The notes under the pieces were generated by a model. That model was not told where the DNA came from. It saw only the letters and a list, made by a program, of their open reading frames with translations, and made no database searches. Of a stretch of 62,813 bases of DNA, positions 1 to 8,865 are shown one piece after another. Origin of the DNA: Gemmatimonadota bacterium. GTDB taxonomy: Bacteria > Gemmatimonadota > Gemmatimonadetes > Gemmatimonadales > GWC2-71-9. How positions within the stretch are numbered: the stretch's first letter is position 1; the number at the start of each line of letters is the position of its first letter. Position numbers and translations under genes: made by a program. The stretch covers positions 1-62,813 of the forward strand of contig JAHECL010000002.1 in assembly GCA_024641745.1 (NCBI GenBank). The letters run 5' to 3'.

Positions 1-710
1 CTGACGTACTCGGGACGGGACCACTTGAGGCTGGCGATCCGGCCGGTGATGGCCACCGGGCGCACCGAGGAGCGGGGTGCGCCGGGCTTGGTGAGCAAAT
101 GGCGCACCACCTCCACCGAGTGGCACATCATGTCGTTCAGCACCCCGCCGCCCTGCAGCTTCCCCTGCCAGAACCACGGCATGTGCGGCCCGCTGTGCTC
201 CTCCGCGGCGCGCGCCAGGTAGGGCCGGCCGGTGGTGGCGGCACCGCGGGCCCAGATCAGCATCCGGCCGTATTCCACCTGCGGGCTGAAGAGCTGGTTC
301 TCGAGGTAGCCGTGGGCGATGCCGGCCTTCTTCGTCATCGCCGCGACCTGCTTCGCCTCCTTCACGGTGCGGGCGAGCGGCTTTTCGCAGGCGAGGCCAA
401 GCAGCTCGCCCTTGCCGCGGAGGACGGCGTCGGTGATCTCCTCGACGTTCTCGATGCGGGCGTGATTGGGCCCGCAGAGCCAGATGGCGTCGATGGCGGG
501 ATCGGCCACCATCTCGGTGATCGAGCCGTATGCCTTCGCGCGTCCCACGTCGAGCTTTCGGGCGTACGCAGCGGCGTCCGCGGCGTTCTTCCTGTTGGGA
601 CTCCAGACGCCGAGCACGTCGGCATCGCGCACCCCCTGCCAGCCCTGCATGTGGAACCGGGTGTTGAAGCCGCTGCCGATGAATCCGACGCCAAGGCGAC
701 GCGTGGCCAT
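1..710 (-). CDS. Gfo/Idh/MocA family NAD(P)-dependent oxidoreductase (3' end cut by window edge)
   Basis: Own translation of the minus strand from the ATG at 708-710 gives MATRRLGVGFIGSGFNTRFHMQGWQGVRDADVLGVWSPN...EKPLARTVKEAKQV...GYLENQLFSP. It has a Rossmann N-terminus and the EKP motif typical of the family. The frame stays open to position 1, which is why it is absent from the ORF track. Confidence 0.8.
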   Translation of the reverse strand, partial: MATRRLGVGFIGSGFNTRFHMQGWQGVRDADVLGVWSPNRKNAADAAAYARKLDVGRAKAYGSITEMVADPAIDAIWLCGPNHARIENVEEITDAVLRGKGELLGLACEKPLARTVKEAKQVAAMTKKAGIAHGYLENQLFSPQVEYGRMLIWARGAATTGRPYLARAAEEHSGPHMPWFWQGKLQGGGVLNDMMCHSVEVVRHLLTKPGAPRSSVRPVAITGRIASLKWSRPEYV

Positions 711-721
711 GTGTGCTCCGT

Positions 722-1297
722 TCAGGTGTAGCTGACGCCCAGCTTCTTGAGCTGCGGCTCGGGGCAGCCCTTCCACTCGGTCACGAAGGTGTTGCCGATG
801 TATTTGAGGTCCTCGACCCCGACCTTGCTCGACCAGTAGCCGGTGGCGGTCAGGCCGCGGAACTCGTTGAAGAATGCCGCCGGTTCCCTGAACTCCTCCG
901 TCGCCTGCTTCGGCCAGGCGATGTCGTCGAGGATCGTCTTCTGGTCGGCCTCCGATGCGCTCACAAACGGCACGCCGAAGCGCGCCTGCGAGGCGGTGTC
1001 GAGCCAGGCCAGTCCGGTGCGCATCCGCTCCCGGTTGTCCATCTCCTCCGACATCACGAAGTCGATGAAGGCCGGCACGCCGGCCTCGGTGGCGCTGGGG
1101 CCCCGCTCGTCGGCCGGCAGGGTCAGATCCGCCAGCACGATCACGGTGGCGTATTCCTCGGGCGTGAAGAAGGTCGGGGTGTAGGGCACGGCCCGGTCGG
1201 CTGCCCGGCGGAGGGTGTCGGGACGGCAGCCGGCGGCGCCGGCGGCGAGGGCCACGCCAAGGAGGCCCAGCATGTCGCGGCGGCTGAGGTCGGTCAC
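722..1297 (-). CDS. Gluconate 2-dehydrogenase subunit 3-like small subunit with Tat signal
   Basis: 191-aa ORF with a twin-arginine leader (SRRDMLGLLGVALAAGAAGC). The GTG start overlaps the stop of the upstream GMC gene (GTGA at 1294-1297). This is the usual pairing with an FAD GMC subunit. Confidence 0.8.
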   Translation of the reverse strand: MTDLSRRDMLGLLGVALAAGAAGCRPDTLRRAADRAVPYTPTFFTPEEYATVIVLADLTLPADERGPSATEAGVPAFIDFVMSEEMDNRERMRTGLAWLDTASQARFGVPFVSASEADQKTILDDIAWPKQATEEFREPAAFFNEFRGLTATGYWSSKVGVEDLKYIGNTFVTEWKGCPEPQLKKLGVSYT

Positions 1298-2988
1298 AGG
1301 GCCCCCTGGCGACGCTGGGCCGCGATGTACTCGGAGGTGCGCATCGAGAGCGCGAGGATGGTCCAGGTGGGGTTCTTGTCCGCCTGCGACACGAAGGGCC
1401 CGCCGTCCGCCACGAAGAGATTCTTCACGTCGTGCGCCTGGCAGTTCGCGTTGACCACCGAGCTTCCCGGGTCGTTGCCCATCCGCACACAGCCGAGTTC
1501 GTGGATGATCTGCCCCCCGGTGGCGATGCCATAGCCCTGTTCCTTCGTCGGCATCGGGCTGAAGACTTCGCCGCCCATGTCATCGATCAGGGCGCGGAAG
1601 GTCTCCTGCATGTGCTTCACCTGCCGGTATTCGTAGTCGCTCCACTTCCAGTGGAAGCGCAGGACCGGGATGCCCCACTGGTCGGTGGTCTCCGGGTCGA
1701 TCTCGCAGTAGGAATCGGCGTTGGGGATCATTTCGCCGCGGCCGCTGAACCCGATGGTCGTGCCGTAGAGCCGGCGGTAGGAATCCTTGAGCGCCTTCCC
1801 GTACCCGCCGAACTCGGGGTAGTTCTGGATGCCGCCCATGAAGCCGTACGACGGCTGGCCGCGGCCGCCCCAGATCTCGATATGGTAGCCGCGCGGGAAG
1901 TCGAGCTTCCGGTTGTCGAGCCACCAGGGGCTGTAGAGGTGTCCGCCGCCGACCCCGTCCTCGTTGTGCGGGATGCCGTTCTCGAGCCTGGGGATGAAGC
2001 CGGCCACGTCGGTGCCGGTGGTGTCGGTCAGGTACTTGCCCACCACGCCGCTCGAGTTGGCCAGGCCGTGGGGGAAGTGACTGCTCTTCGAGTTGAGGAG
2101 AAGCCGCGCCGACTCGCAGGCGCTGGCGGCCAGGACCACCACCCTGGCCCGGACCTGCTGGTCGGTGTTGGTGGTCTTGTCCACGTAGGTCACACCGTCA
2201 CAGAGCCCGTCGGCGCCGACCGTCACCTCGCGGGCCATCGCGTTGGTGATCATCGTGAGCTTGCCGGTGGCCATCGCCGGCGGGATCAGGACGTTGGTGG
2301 AGGAGAAGTTCGCGTTGACCCCGCAGCCGCGGTTGCACTGTCCGCAGTAGTGACAGGCGGGGCGGTCGCCCAGCGGCTGGGTGAGGATCGAGAGTCGTGC
2401 CGGGATGCAGGTGACTTTCAGGTTGTCGCAGGCCTGCTTGACCAGCAGCTCGTAGCAGCGGGGCCGGGGTGCGGGCATGAAGTGGCCGTCCGGCTCATTC
2501 GGCAGGCCCTCGGCGCTGCCGAAGATGCCGATGAGGTCGTCCACCCGGTCGTAGTAGGGGGCGAGGTCGTCGTAGCCGATCGGCCAGTCGTCGCCCAGGC
2601 CGTCGAGGCTCTTGCGCCTGAAGTCCTTCGGACCGAACCGGAGGGAGATGCGTCCCCAGTGGTTGGTGCGGCCGCCCACCATCCGGGCCCGCCACCAGCC
2701 GAACGTCGAGCCCGGCGCCACGGTGTAGGGCTCCCCCTCGATTTCCCAACCGCCGATGCAGGCGTCGAATTCGCCGAAGGGTCGTTCCTTCGTGCCGGCG
2801 CCACGCTTCGGCGTGTTGAATGGCCAGGTGAGCATCGCGGAATCGGAGAAGTTGTTCCACGGGCCGCCGGCCTCGAGCAGCACCACGTCGGCGCCCGCCT
2901 GCGTGAGCATGTAGGCCGCCATGCCGCCGCCGGCACCGGAGCCCACGATGCAGACGTCGTACACCTTCGGCTGATCCTGGAGTGTCAT
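1294..2988 (-). CDS. GMC family FAD-dependent oxidoreductase (sugar/gluconate dehydrogenase large subunit-like)
   Basis: 564-aa ORF. The N-terminal FAD fold reads DVCIVGSGAGGGMAAYMLTQAGADVVLLEAG, and the GMC-type C-terminus contains HELGCVRMG. Confidence 0.9.
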   Translation of the reverse strand: MTLQDQPKVYDVCIVGSGAGGGMAAYMLTQAGADVVLLEAGGPWNNFSDSAMLTWPFNTPKRGAGTKERPFGEFDACIGGWEIEGEPYTVAPGSTFGWWRARMVGGRTNHWGRISLRFGPKDFRRKSLDGLGDDWPIGYDDLAPYYDRVDDLIGIFGSAEGLPNEPDGHFMPAPRPRCYELLVKQACDNLKVTCIPARLSILTQPLGDRPACHYCGQCNRGCGVNANFSSTNVLIPPAMATGKLTMITNAMAREVTVGADGLCDGVTYVDKTTNTDQQVRARVVVLAASACESARLLLNSKSSHFPHGLANSSGVVGKYLTDTTGTDVAGFIPRLENGIPHNEDGVGGGHLYSPWWLDNRKLDFPRGYHIEIWGGRGQPSYGFMGGIQNYPEFGGYGKALKDSYRRLYGTTIGFSGRGEMIPNADSYCEIDPETTDQWGIPVLRFHWKWSDYEYRQVKHMQETFRALIDDMGGEVFSPMPTKEQGYGIATGGQIIHELGCVRMGNDPGSSVVNANCQAHDVKNLFVADGGPFVSQADKNPTWTILALSMRTSEYIAAQRRQGAL

Positions 2989-3019
2989 CAGCGGTTCCGG
3001 ATTGAGGGGATGGAGGAAC

Positions 3020-5290
3020 CTACTGCGCGAGGAAGGCGCCGGCCAGCGGGACGGGGGGAGCCCCTTCGAAGGCGATCGTCGCGGAGAGTGCCGAGCCGCC
3101 GCTTCCCTGCACGAACCGGACGGTCAGCGGATGGATGCCGGCCTCGAGCGCGATCATCCCGGCGCGCTCTGCTTCCGAGTGCCAGCCGTCGTTGTCCACC
3201 ACGACGCGGTCGCCGATCTCGAGCACGCTGCCGTCGTCCGAGGAGAGGGCGATGGTGTAGAGCCCGGACCGCTCCACCCGCAGGTAGCCGGTGAACAGCA
3301 GGCCATAGGTTTCCTGCCGCTGGAATCCCGGCAGGGCGATTGCGTCAGCGGTGGCCACACGCGTCGGTGCTGCCGTCGCCACAGCCCGGGCACCGGGGAA
3401 TTCTCGTTCGTGGTATGCCACGCGCAGCCCCGGCTTCAGCCCTTCGCTCGGCATCCGCGATGCCGGCCGAAGGGTGGTCCGGCGCACCCGCGCCTGGCGG
3501 GGCGGGCTGGAGAGGCCGCCGGGCAGGAAGACCGCCCCGGTGATGACGGTCCCGACCGTATCAACGCGCAGCACCAGCGGCTTGGTGTAGAGGGCCGACT
3601 CGACCGTGGGCACGGTGCCGTCCAGAGTGTATCGAATCTGTCCGTTGGGCAGCGGGCTCCGGAGGGTCACGACGGCGGTGTCCGCCAGCGTGATCCGGTC
3701 CCGCTCGAGCCCGAGCACGCTCGGCGTCCGGTAGCTGACGCCGAGGCGGTCCAGCGCGGCCAGCGCAGACGGCAGCCGGGCGATGAAGCTGTCCCAGTCG
3801 CGGGCCGATGCCGGGCTCCAGGTCACCTCCGCCATCGCGAGCATCCGGGGAAGAACCATCCACTCCACCCGGTCGCTCGTCGTCATGTACTCGGTCCAGA
3901 CGTTGCCCTGCGCGCCGAGGACGTGCCGGGCCTGCGCCGGCGTCAGCTCGGCAGGAACCGGCTCGAAGCCATAGACCTTCTCGAGCGGCACGTTGCCGCC
4001 GATCGAGAAGGGCTCCAGCGTCGGGTCGCCCTGGGCGTAGTCGAAGTAGGCGTGGCTGGTGGGGGTCATCACCACGTCGTGCCCCTGCTGCGCGGCGGCG
4101 ATGCCGCCGCTCACGCCGCGCCAGCTCATCACCGTGGCGTCGGGGGCCAGTCCCCCTTCGAGAATCTCGTCCCAGCCGATGATCCGCCGGCCGTGGGCGT
4201 TCAGGAACCGCTCAATCCGCTGGATGAACCAGCTCTGCAGGGCGTGTTCGTCGGCCAGCTGCTCCTTCTTGATCACCTGCTGCGCCAGGTCGCTCGACTT
4301 CCAGCGCGCCTTGGGCGCCTCGTCCCCGCCGATGTGGATGTAGGGGCCGGGAAAGAGCGCCATCACCTCGGTCAGGACGCCCTCGAGGAAGGTGAAGGTG
4401 GCCTCGCCGGGGCAGAGGATGTCCTCCTCCACGCCCCAGACGGTACCGACCTCGAAGGGGCCTGGGGTGCAGGCCAGTTCGGGGTAGGCGGCGAGGGCCG
4501 CCAGGGAGTGGCCCGGCATCTCGATCTCGGGGATGATCGTGATGTGCCGCGCAGCGGCGTAGGCCACCACTTTCCGGATCTCGGCCTGGGTGTAGAAGCC
4601 GCAGTAGGGAATCCCGTCGCCGACGTAGGGATCGAAGTGCTTCTCGAGGATCGTTTCCCGGCGGCAGGAGCCGACGGTGGTGAGCCTCGGATAGCGCTGG
4701 ATCTCGATCCGCCATCCCTGGTCGTCGGTCAGGTGCCAGTGGAAGGTGTTGAACTTGTAGCGGGCCAGGAGGTCGATGTAGCGCTCGACGAACGCGACCG
4801 GGAAGAAGTGGCGGCTGACGTCGAGATGCATGCCGCGGTAGGGGAAGCGGGGTGAATCCTCGATCCGCACCCGCGGTACGGTTCCGATGAACGCGGCATG
4901 CAGCAATTGTCGAAAGGTCTGCAGCCCGTGGAAGAGCCCCGCCTCGGTGGGGGAGGAGATGGTCACGCCGCCGTCAGCCGCGTCCAGGCGGTAGCCCTCG
5001 GCGCCGAGGGCGGAATCGGGTGGGGTGAGCCGAAGGGTGAGGCCGGGGAGGCTCTTCTCGGTCAGCGAGTCGAGGCGGCGTCCAATCTCCGCGGCCACCA
5101 GGGCATCGGCGTAGTCGGCGAGCCCGTCGAGATCCGCCGACGCGGCGCCCTCGATCCGCACGGAAGCCTTGAGCTGGATGTATCCGGTGTCGCGGATGAC
5201 GATTCGGGGATACGGGATGAGCGGGAGAGGGGCCTGGGCACCGGCGTCTGTGGCGAGCGCAACAATCAGGAACGTGAGCAATCGTGTCAC
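3020..5290 (-). CDS. Secreted GH20 beta-N-acetylhexosaminidase with C-terminal PA14 domain
   Basis: The GH20 core motifs are RGMHLDVSRHF, FHWHLTDDQGWR and HIGGDEAP. The C-terminal ~130 aa are PA14-like (GLLFTGYLRVERSGLYTIALSSDDGSVLEIGDRVVVDNDG). The start was trimmed to the GTG at 5288-5290 (VTRLLTFLIVALATDAGAQA signal peptide), which overlaps the kinase stop codon. The track ORF 3020..5695 is over-extended. Confidence 0.9.
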   Translation of the reverse strand: MTRLLTFLIVALATDAGAQAPLPLIPYPRIVIRDTGYIQLKASVRIEGAASADLDGLADYADALVAAEIGRRLDSLTEKSLPGLTLRLTPPDSALGAEGYRLDAADGGVTISSPTEAGLFHGLQTFRQLLHAAFIGTVPRVRIEDSPRFPYRGMHLDVSRHFFPVAFVERYIDLLARYKFNTFHWHLTDDQGWRIEIQRYPRLTTVGSCRRETILEKHFDPYVGDGIPYCGFYTQAEIRKVVAYAAARHITIIPEIEMPGHSLAALAAYPELACTPGPFEVGTVWGVEEDILCPGEATFTFLEGVLTEVMALFPGPYIHIGGDEAPKARWKSSDLAQQVIKKEQLADEHALQSWFIQRIERFLNAHGRRIIGWDEILEGGLAPDATVMSWRGVSGGIAAAQQGHDVVMTPTSHAYFDYAQGDPTLEPFSIGGNVPLEKVYGFEPVPAELTPAQARHVLGAQGNVWTEYMTTSDRVEWMVLPRMLAMAEVTWSPASARDWDSFIARLPSALAALDRLGVSYRTPSVLGLERDRITLADTAVVTLRSPLPNGQIRYTLDGTVPTVESALYTKPLVLRVDTVGTVITGAVFLPGGLSSPPRQARVRRTTLRPASRMPSEGLKPGLRVAYHEREFPGARAVATAAPTRVATADAIALPGFQRQETYGLLFTGYLRVERSGLYTIALSSDDGSVLEIGDRVVVDNDGWHSEAERAGMIALEAGIHPLTVRFVQGSGGSALSATIAFEGAPPVPLAGAFLAQ

Positions 5291-8001
5291 CGCTCCTCCA
5301 CCTCCGCCACCCAGATGTCCGCCTGGTGTTCGCCGGCGACGAAGTAGAACCGGCTGCCGTCGGTGTCGAAGTTCCCGCGGGTGACCCAGGTGTCCGCGGG
5401 GTCGAAGGCGACGATCTTCCGCAGCGTTCCCCGCGCGGTGTCGATGGACCAGTAGGCGGGTACCCCCAGTGAGTCCAGCGAAAAACTGTAGAGCCCCTGA
5501 CCGCCGAGGCCGCTCTGGGCCCAGGTCGTGCTGAACCAGTGGGGGGCCTGGAAGAGTACCTCCGGGGTGGCGCGTCGCCCCGCAGGCACGGCGAGCAGGC
5601 GAGGCAGGCTGTCCCTGGTCCAGATCAGGTAGGCGGTTCGGTCGGCGGTCATGAAGTTGACGAGCCCCCGCCCGACCCGTGTCGGCGGGCCCCATGGCAT
5701 TGATCGAGCATTGCGCCGGATCTCCACGAACTCGAGGGCGGGCACCTCTCCGCGGGAATACACGAGCGTGTTGTCGTCCGGGCCCCAGGCGGCGTACCAG
5801 TCGCTCAGGGTGTCGGTGGTGACCTGCGCGAGGCCGGTGCCGTCGGCGTGGATGGTGAAGACGTCGCGGTTGCCGGTGCGGAACGAGTGGAAGGCAATCT
5901 CCGAACCGTCGGGCGACCAGTTGGCGCTCAGGTCGTCGGCGGGGTCGTCGGTCAGCTGCCGAGGCGTACCGCCGTCAGAGGGGACGATGAAGAGGTCGCC
6001 GTTGCCATTGAGGTCGGAGTCATAGAGCAGCCACTTGCCGTCGGGAGAGAGCCGCAGGATCTCGCTCGCCTGGTTCCCCCGGGTGATCGCCACCCCCGAG
6101 CGCGCGTTCACGCTTCCCGTAGGCGAGAGCCGCACCATCCAGATGTTGAGATCCCGGGTGTACTTCGAGTAGGCCAGTCGCGAGCCGTCCTTCGACAGGG
6201 CGAAGGTATGGGCGTCGAGCCCCGTCGTGACCCGCCTCGGCACGCCGTCCGCACGTCCTCCGCGCCGGATTCGTTGAAGGTAGACGTCACGACCCCCGCC
6301 GCGGCTTGAGAGATAGAGCAGAGCGCTGCCGTCGGGGAGCCACGCCGGGGAGAGGTTGAGGGAGGTCGAATCGCTCACCATGACGGGGGTGCCGCCGGTG
6401 GCGGGCATCACGAAGACAGTGCTCGCGGCGAGGTTGCCGAAGGCATCCGCGCTATAGGCGAAACTGGAGTTCCCCCGGACGCCCGCCAGCCACTGACCGT
6501 CCGGGGACCAGGCCAGGGAGTGGACGTCGCGGACCCGGGCGAGGAGCACCGGTTCGCCCCCGTCCGCCGCCATGACCATCACGCTGTCGCCCTTCTCGAA
6601 GGCGATCCGCGAACCGTCGGGCGACCACTTCGGGGCATCCGGCACGCTCCCGTCGTAGGAGAAACCTCGAACCCGGCGAACATCTCCTCCGGTCGGCGGC
6701 ATCGTGACGATGCTCGCCCCGCTGGAATCGTAGGAGACGAACACCAGCCGCCGTCCATCGGGAGACCAGTCCGGCGAGATCTGGCCGCCGCGCATGCCTT
6801 CCGTGATGTTGATCGCCCGCCCCCCATCGACGGGCTGGAGGAAGATCTTGGCCGGTTCGCGAGGCCGGGCGCCGGTATAGGCCAGGAACTGCCCGTCGGG
6901 CGAGATGGCGGGCAGGACCTCCAGCCCCTGCGCGCTGGTGAGGCGGGTCGTGGTGGTGAGCGCCACCTCGGGCCCGCCGCCGGTGCGCCGCGCCAGCAGC
7001 AGCCCCAGGCTTCCCACCACGACGACCAGCGCCGCCACTCCCATTGCCCACTTGCGACTCGAGGGCACCAGGGGGGCCACACCCGTCACCGGCTGGGTGT
7101 AGGTCGGCGTCATTCCGCCGCTCGGCGTGGCCAGCGGTTCCAGCGCCGTCACCAGTTCCTCGGCGCTCTGGAACCGGTCGGCCGGGCGCTTGGCGAGGCA
7201 CTTCATCACGATCGCCTCGAACGCCGGCGAGATCCCCGGCCGGAGCCGCGAGACCGGCTCCGGCGTCTGCATCACGTGGGCGGCGAGGGTCTCCTGCGGC
7301 GTGCGCCCGCTGAACGGCGTCCGGCCGGTGAGGAGTTCGTAGGCCAGGACGCCGAGGGCGTAGATGTCCACCCGGTGGTCGAGATGCGGATCGGCGGCGG
7401 CCTGCTCCGGCGCCATGTAGGCCGGGGTGCCGAGCGCCACGCCGGCGGTGGTGAGCTGCTGGCGGCCGGTGGCCTCGCTCACCGCCTTGGCCACGCCGAA
7501 GTCGCTCACCAGCGCGTGCCGTCCCGACAGCAGGATGTTTTCCGGCTTGATGTCGCGGTGGGCCACGCCGTTCGTGTGCGCGTGGGCCAGGGCGTCGGCC
7601 ACCTCGACGAGGATCCGGATCGCGTCGTGCACCGGCAGTTCGCCGGTCCGGGCCAGCCGGTCGCGGAGCGTCTCGCCGTCCACGAACGGCATGGCGTACC
7701 AGAGGAACTCAGCCGAGCTGTCGTCCGCGGCTGAAGCCGTGGCTCGGCCTGAGGCGCCGCTGTCGAACAGAGGAAGGATGTGGGGGTGCTGGAGCTGGGC
7801 GGCGACCTCGATCTCCCGGAAGAACCGGTCGGGGCCGAGCGACGCGGCAAGTTCCGGTCGCAGGACCTTGACCGCCACCTTCCGGTGGTGCTTGAGGTCC
7901 TCCGCCAGGTACACGGTAGCCATCCCGCCCTGGCCCAGCTCACGCTCGAGGCGGTAGTTGTCGGCCAGCGCGGCGGCGACCCGGTCGAAGGGAGTGGTCA
8001 T
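5287..8001 (-). CDS. Ser/Thr protein kinase with one TM helix and an extracytoplasmic TolB/PD40-type beta-propeller
   Basis: 904 aa. The Hanks kinase motifs are GQGGMATVY, VAVKVL, HRDIKPENILL, DFG and APE. The TM segment is AMGVAALVVVVGSLGLLLA. The C-terminal half carries repeated SPDG/WSPDG PD40 motifs. Confidence 0.9.
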   Translation of the reverse strand: MTTPFDRVAAALADNYRLERELGQGGMATVYLAEDLKHHRKVAVKVLRPELAASLGPDRFFREIEVAAQLQHPHILPLFDSGASGRATASAADDSSAEFLWYAMPFVDGETLRDRLARTGELPVHDAIRILVEVADALAHAHTNGVAHRDIKPENILLSGRHALVSDFGVAKAVSEATGRQQLTTAGVALGTPAYMAPEQAAADPHLDHRVDIYALGVLAYELLTGRTPFSGRTPQETLAAHVMQTPEPVSRLRPGISPAFEAIVMKCLAKRPADRFQSAEELVTALEPLATPSGGMTPTYTQPVTGVAPLVPSSRKWAMGVAALVVVVGSLGLLLARRTGGGPEVALTTTTRLTSAQGLEVLPAISPDGQFLAYTGARPREPAKIFLQPVDGGRAINITEGMRGGQISPDWSPDGRRLVFVSYDSSGASIVTMPPTGGDVRRVRGFSYDGSVPDAPKWSPDGSRIAFEKGDSVMVMAADGGEPVLLARVRDVHSLAWSPDGQWLAGVRGNSSFAYSADAFGNLAASTVFVMPATGGTPVMVSDSTSLNLSPAWLPDGSALLYLSSRGGGRDVYLQRIRRGGRADGVPRRVTTGLDAHTFALSKDGSRLAYSKYTRDLNIWMVRLSPTGSVNARSGVAITRGNQASEILRLSPDGKWLLYDSDLNGNGDLFIVPSDGGTPRQLTDDPADDLSANWSPDGSEIAFHSFRTGNRDVFTIHADGTGLAQVTTDTLSDWYAAWGPDDNTLVYSRGEVPALEFVEIRRNARSMPWGPPTRVGRGLVNFMTADRTAYLIWTRDSLPRLLAVPAGRRATPEVLFQAPHWFSTTWAQSGLGGQGLYSFSLDSLGVPAYWSIDTARGTLRKIVAFDPADTWVTRGNFDTDGSRFYFVAGEHQADIWVAEVEER

Positions 8002-8090
8002 TGCCCCCTAAGATGGCGCGCGCAGGGGCGGAACGGAAGCAGGGGCGAACCGACTATTCTACAGCGTGCCTCAACCCGAGCGGAGCACAC

Positions 8091-8705
8091 ATGCATCGAC
8101 GATTCCTGCCCCTCCTCCTGCCGGCGCTCCTCGCCTCCCCCCTCGCCGCCCAGTCGGGCGTCGAAATCACGCCGACGGTGGGGTATCGCTTCGGGGGCAC
8201 CGTCGGCAGCGAAACCGGCCAGTTCTCCGTCGATCCGAATGTCGACTGGGGCGCCACCCTGGGCTACCGGGTCAAGCGTGATGGGCTGGTGGAGCTCGTT
8301 TACAGCCGGCAGTCGACACCGATCCAGTTCCACCCTGATGGCGGGGCGTCGGTGACGGTCGGCGACGGCTCCATCGAGTACTTCCAGCTTGGCGGCGCGC
8401 TCGAGTTCGGGAACGACGAGGTGACGAAGCCCTATTTCGCCCTGACGGTCGGCGGGACCCGCTTCGCCGCGGAGAATTCCGCTGTCGGCGATGAATGGCG
8501 TTTCTCGTTCGGGGCCGCGCTGGGACTCAAGTTCTACCTGAGTCAGCATGTCGGGCTCCGGACCCAGGCCCGGCTCTGGATGAGCACCCTCTCCAGTGAC
8601 ACCAATTTCTGGTGCACCCTCCCGGGCGGGTGCGTGATCGTCGCGTCCAACGGGGTTTTCTTCACGCAGGGGGAGGTGAGCGGCGGGGTGATGTTCGTAT
8701 TCTAG
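8091..8705 (+). CDS. Outer-membrane beta-barrel protein (OmpW/porin-like)
   Basis: The ATG at 8091 opens MHRRFLPLLLPALLASPLAAQ, a signal peptide. The rest shows alternating beta-strand hydrophobicity and ends in an aromatic residue (...GGVMFVF). The track ORF start at 8001 was trimmed. Confidence 0.7.
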   Translation: MHRRFLPLLLPALLASPLAAQSGVEITPTVGYRFGGTVGSETGQFSVDPNVDWGATLGYRVKRDGLVELVYSRQSTPIQFHPDGGASVTVGDGSIEYFQLGGALEFGNDEVTKPYFALTVGGTRFAAENSAVGDEWRFSFGAALGLKFYLSQHVGLRTQARLWMSTLSSDTNFWCTLPGGCVIVASNGVFFTQGEVSGGVMFVF

Positions 8706-8726
8706 GCTGTGCCATCCATGCACCGA

Positions 8727-8832
8727 CGGCTCGGGATGGTCCTCCGGGTCTGCGGTCCGCGCCCCCTCCGAGCCACGGTCTCTGCGGGGGACGCGGACCG
8801 ACGCCCCTCCGGCCCATTCCCATCGCCGCCGG
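8727..8832 (+). repeat. Copy A of a ~105-nt intergenic repeat element (conserved ends, divergent middle)
   Basis: The 22-nt block cggctcgggatggtcctccggg (8727-8748) is identical to 28983-29004. A second block, gacgcccctccggcccattcccatcgccg (from 8800), matches 29055 onward with 2 mismatches. Block spacing is 73 nt here and 72 nt in copy B. Confidence 0.6.
8754..8799. terminator. GC-rich hairpin between convergent genes (possible bidirectional terminator; lies inside repeat copy A)
   Basis: ggtccgcgccccc (8754-8766) pairs with gggggacgcggacc (8786-8799) with one bulged A and a 19-nt loop. It sits between the convergent stops at 8705 (+) and 8866 (-). There is no U-tract. Confidence 0.4.
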
Positions 8833-8865
8833 CTGTAACGGGCTTGGTCGAGGGGCGACCCACCC

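Noticed and set aside
1432-4855. Plus-strand ORFs of 620 aa (1432..3294) and 617 aa (3002..4855).
   Set aside because: They are antisense shadows of the GMC oxidoreductase and GH20 genes, with low-complexity Arg/Gly/Ala/Pro composition.
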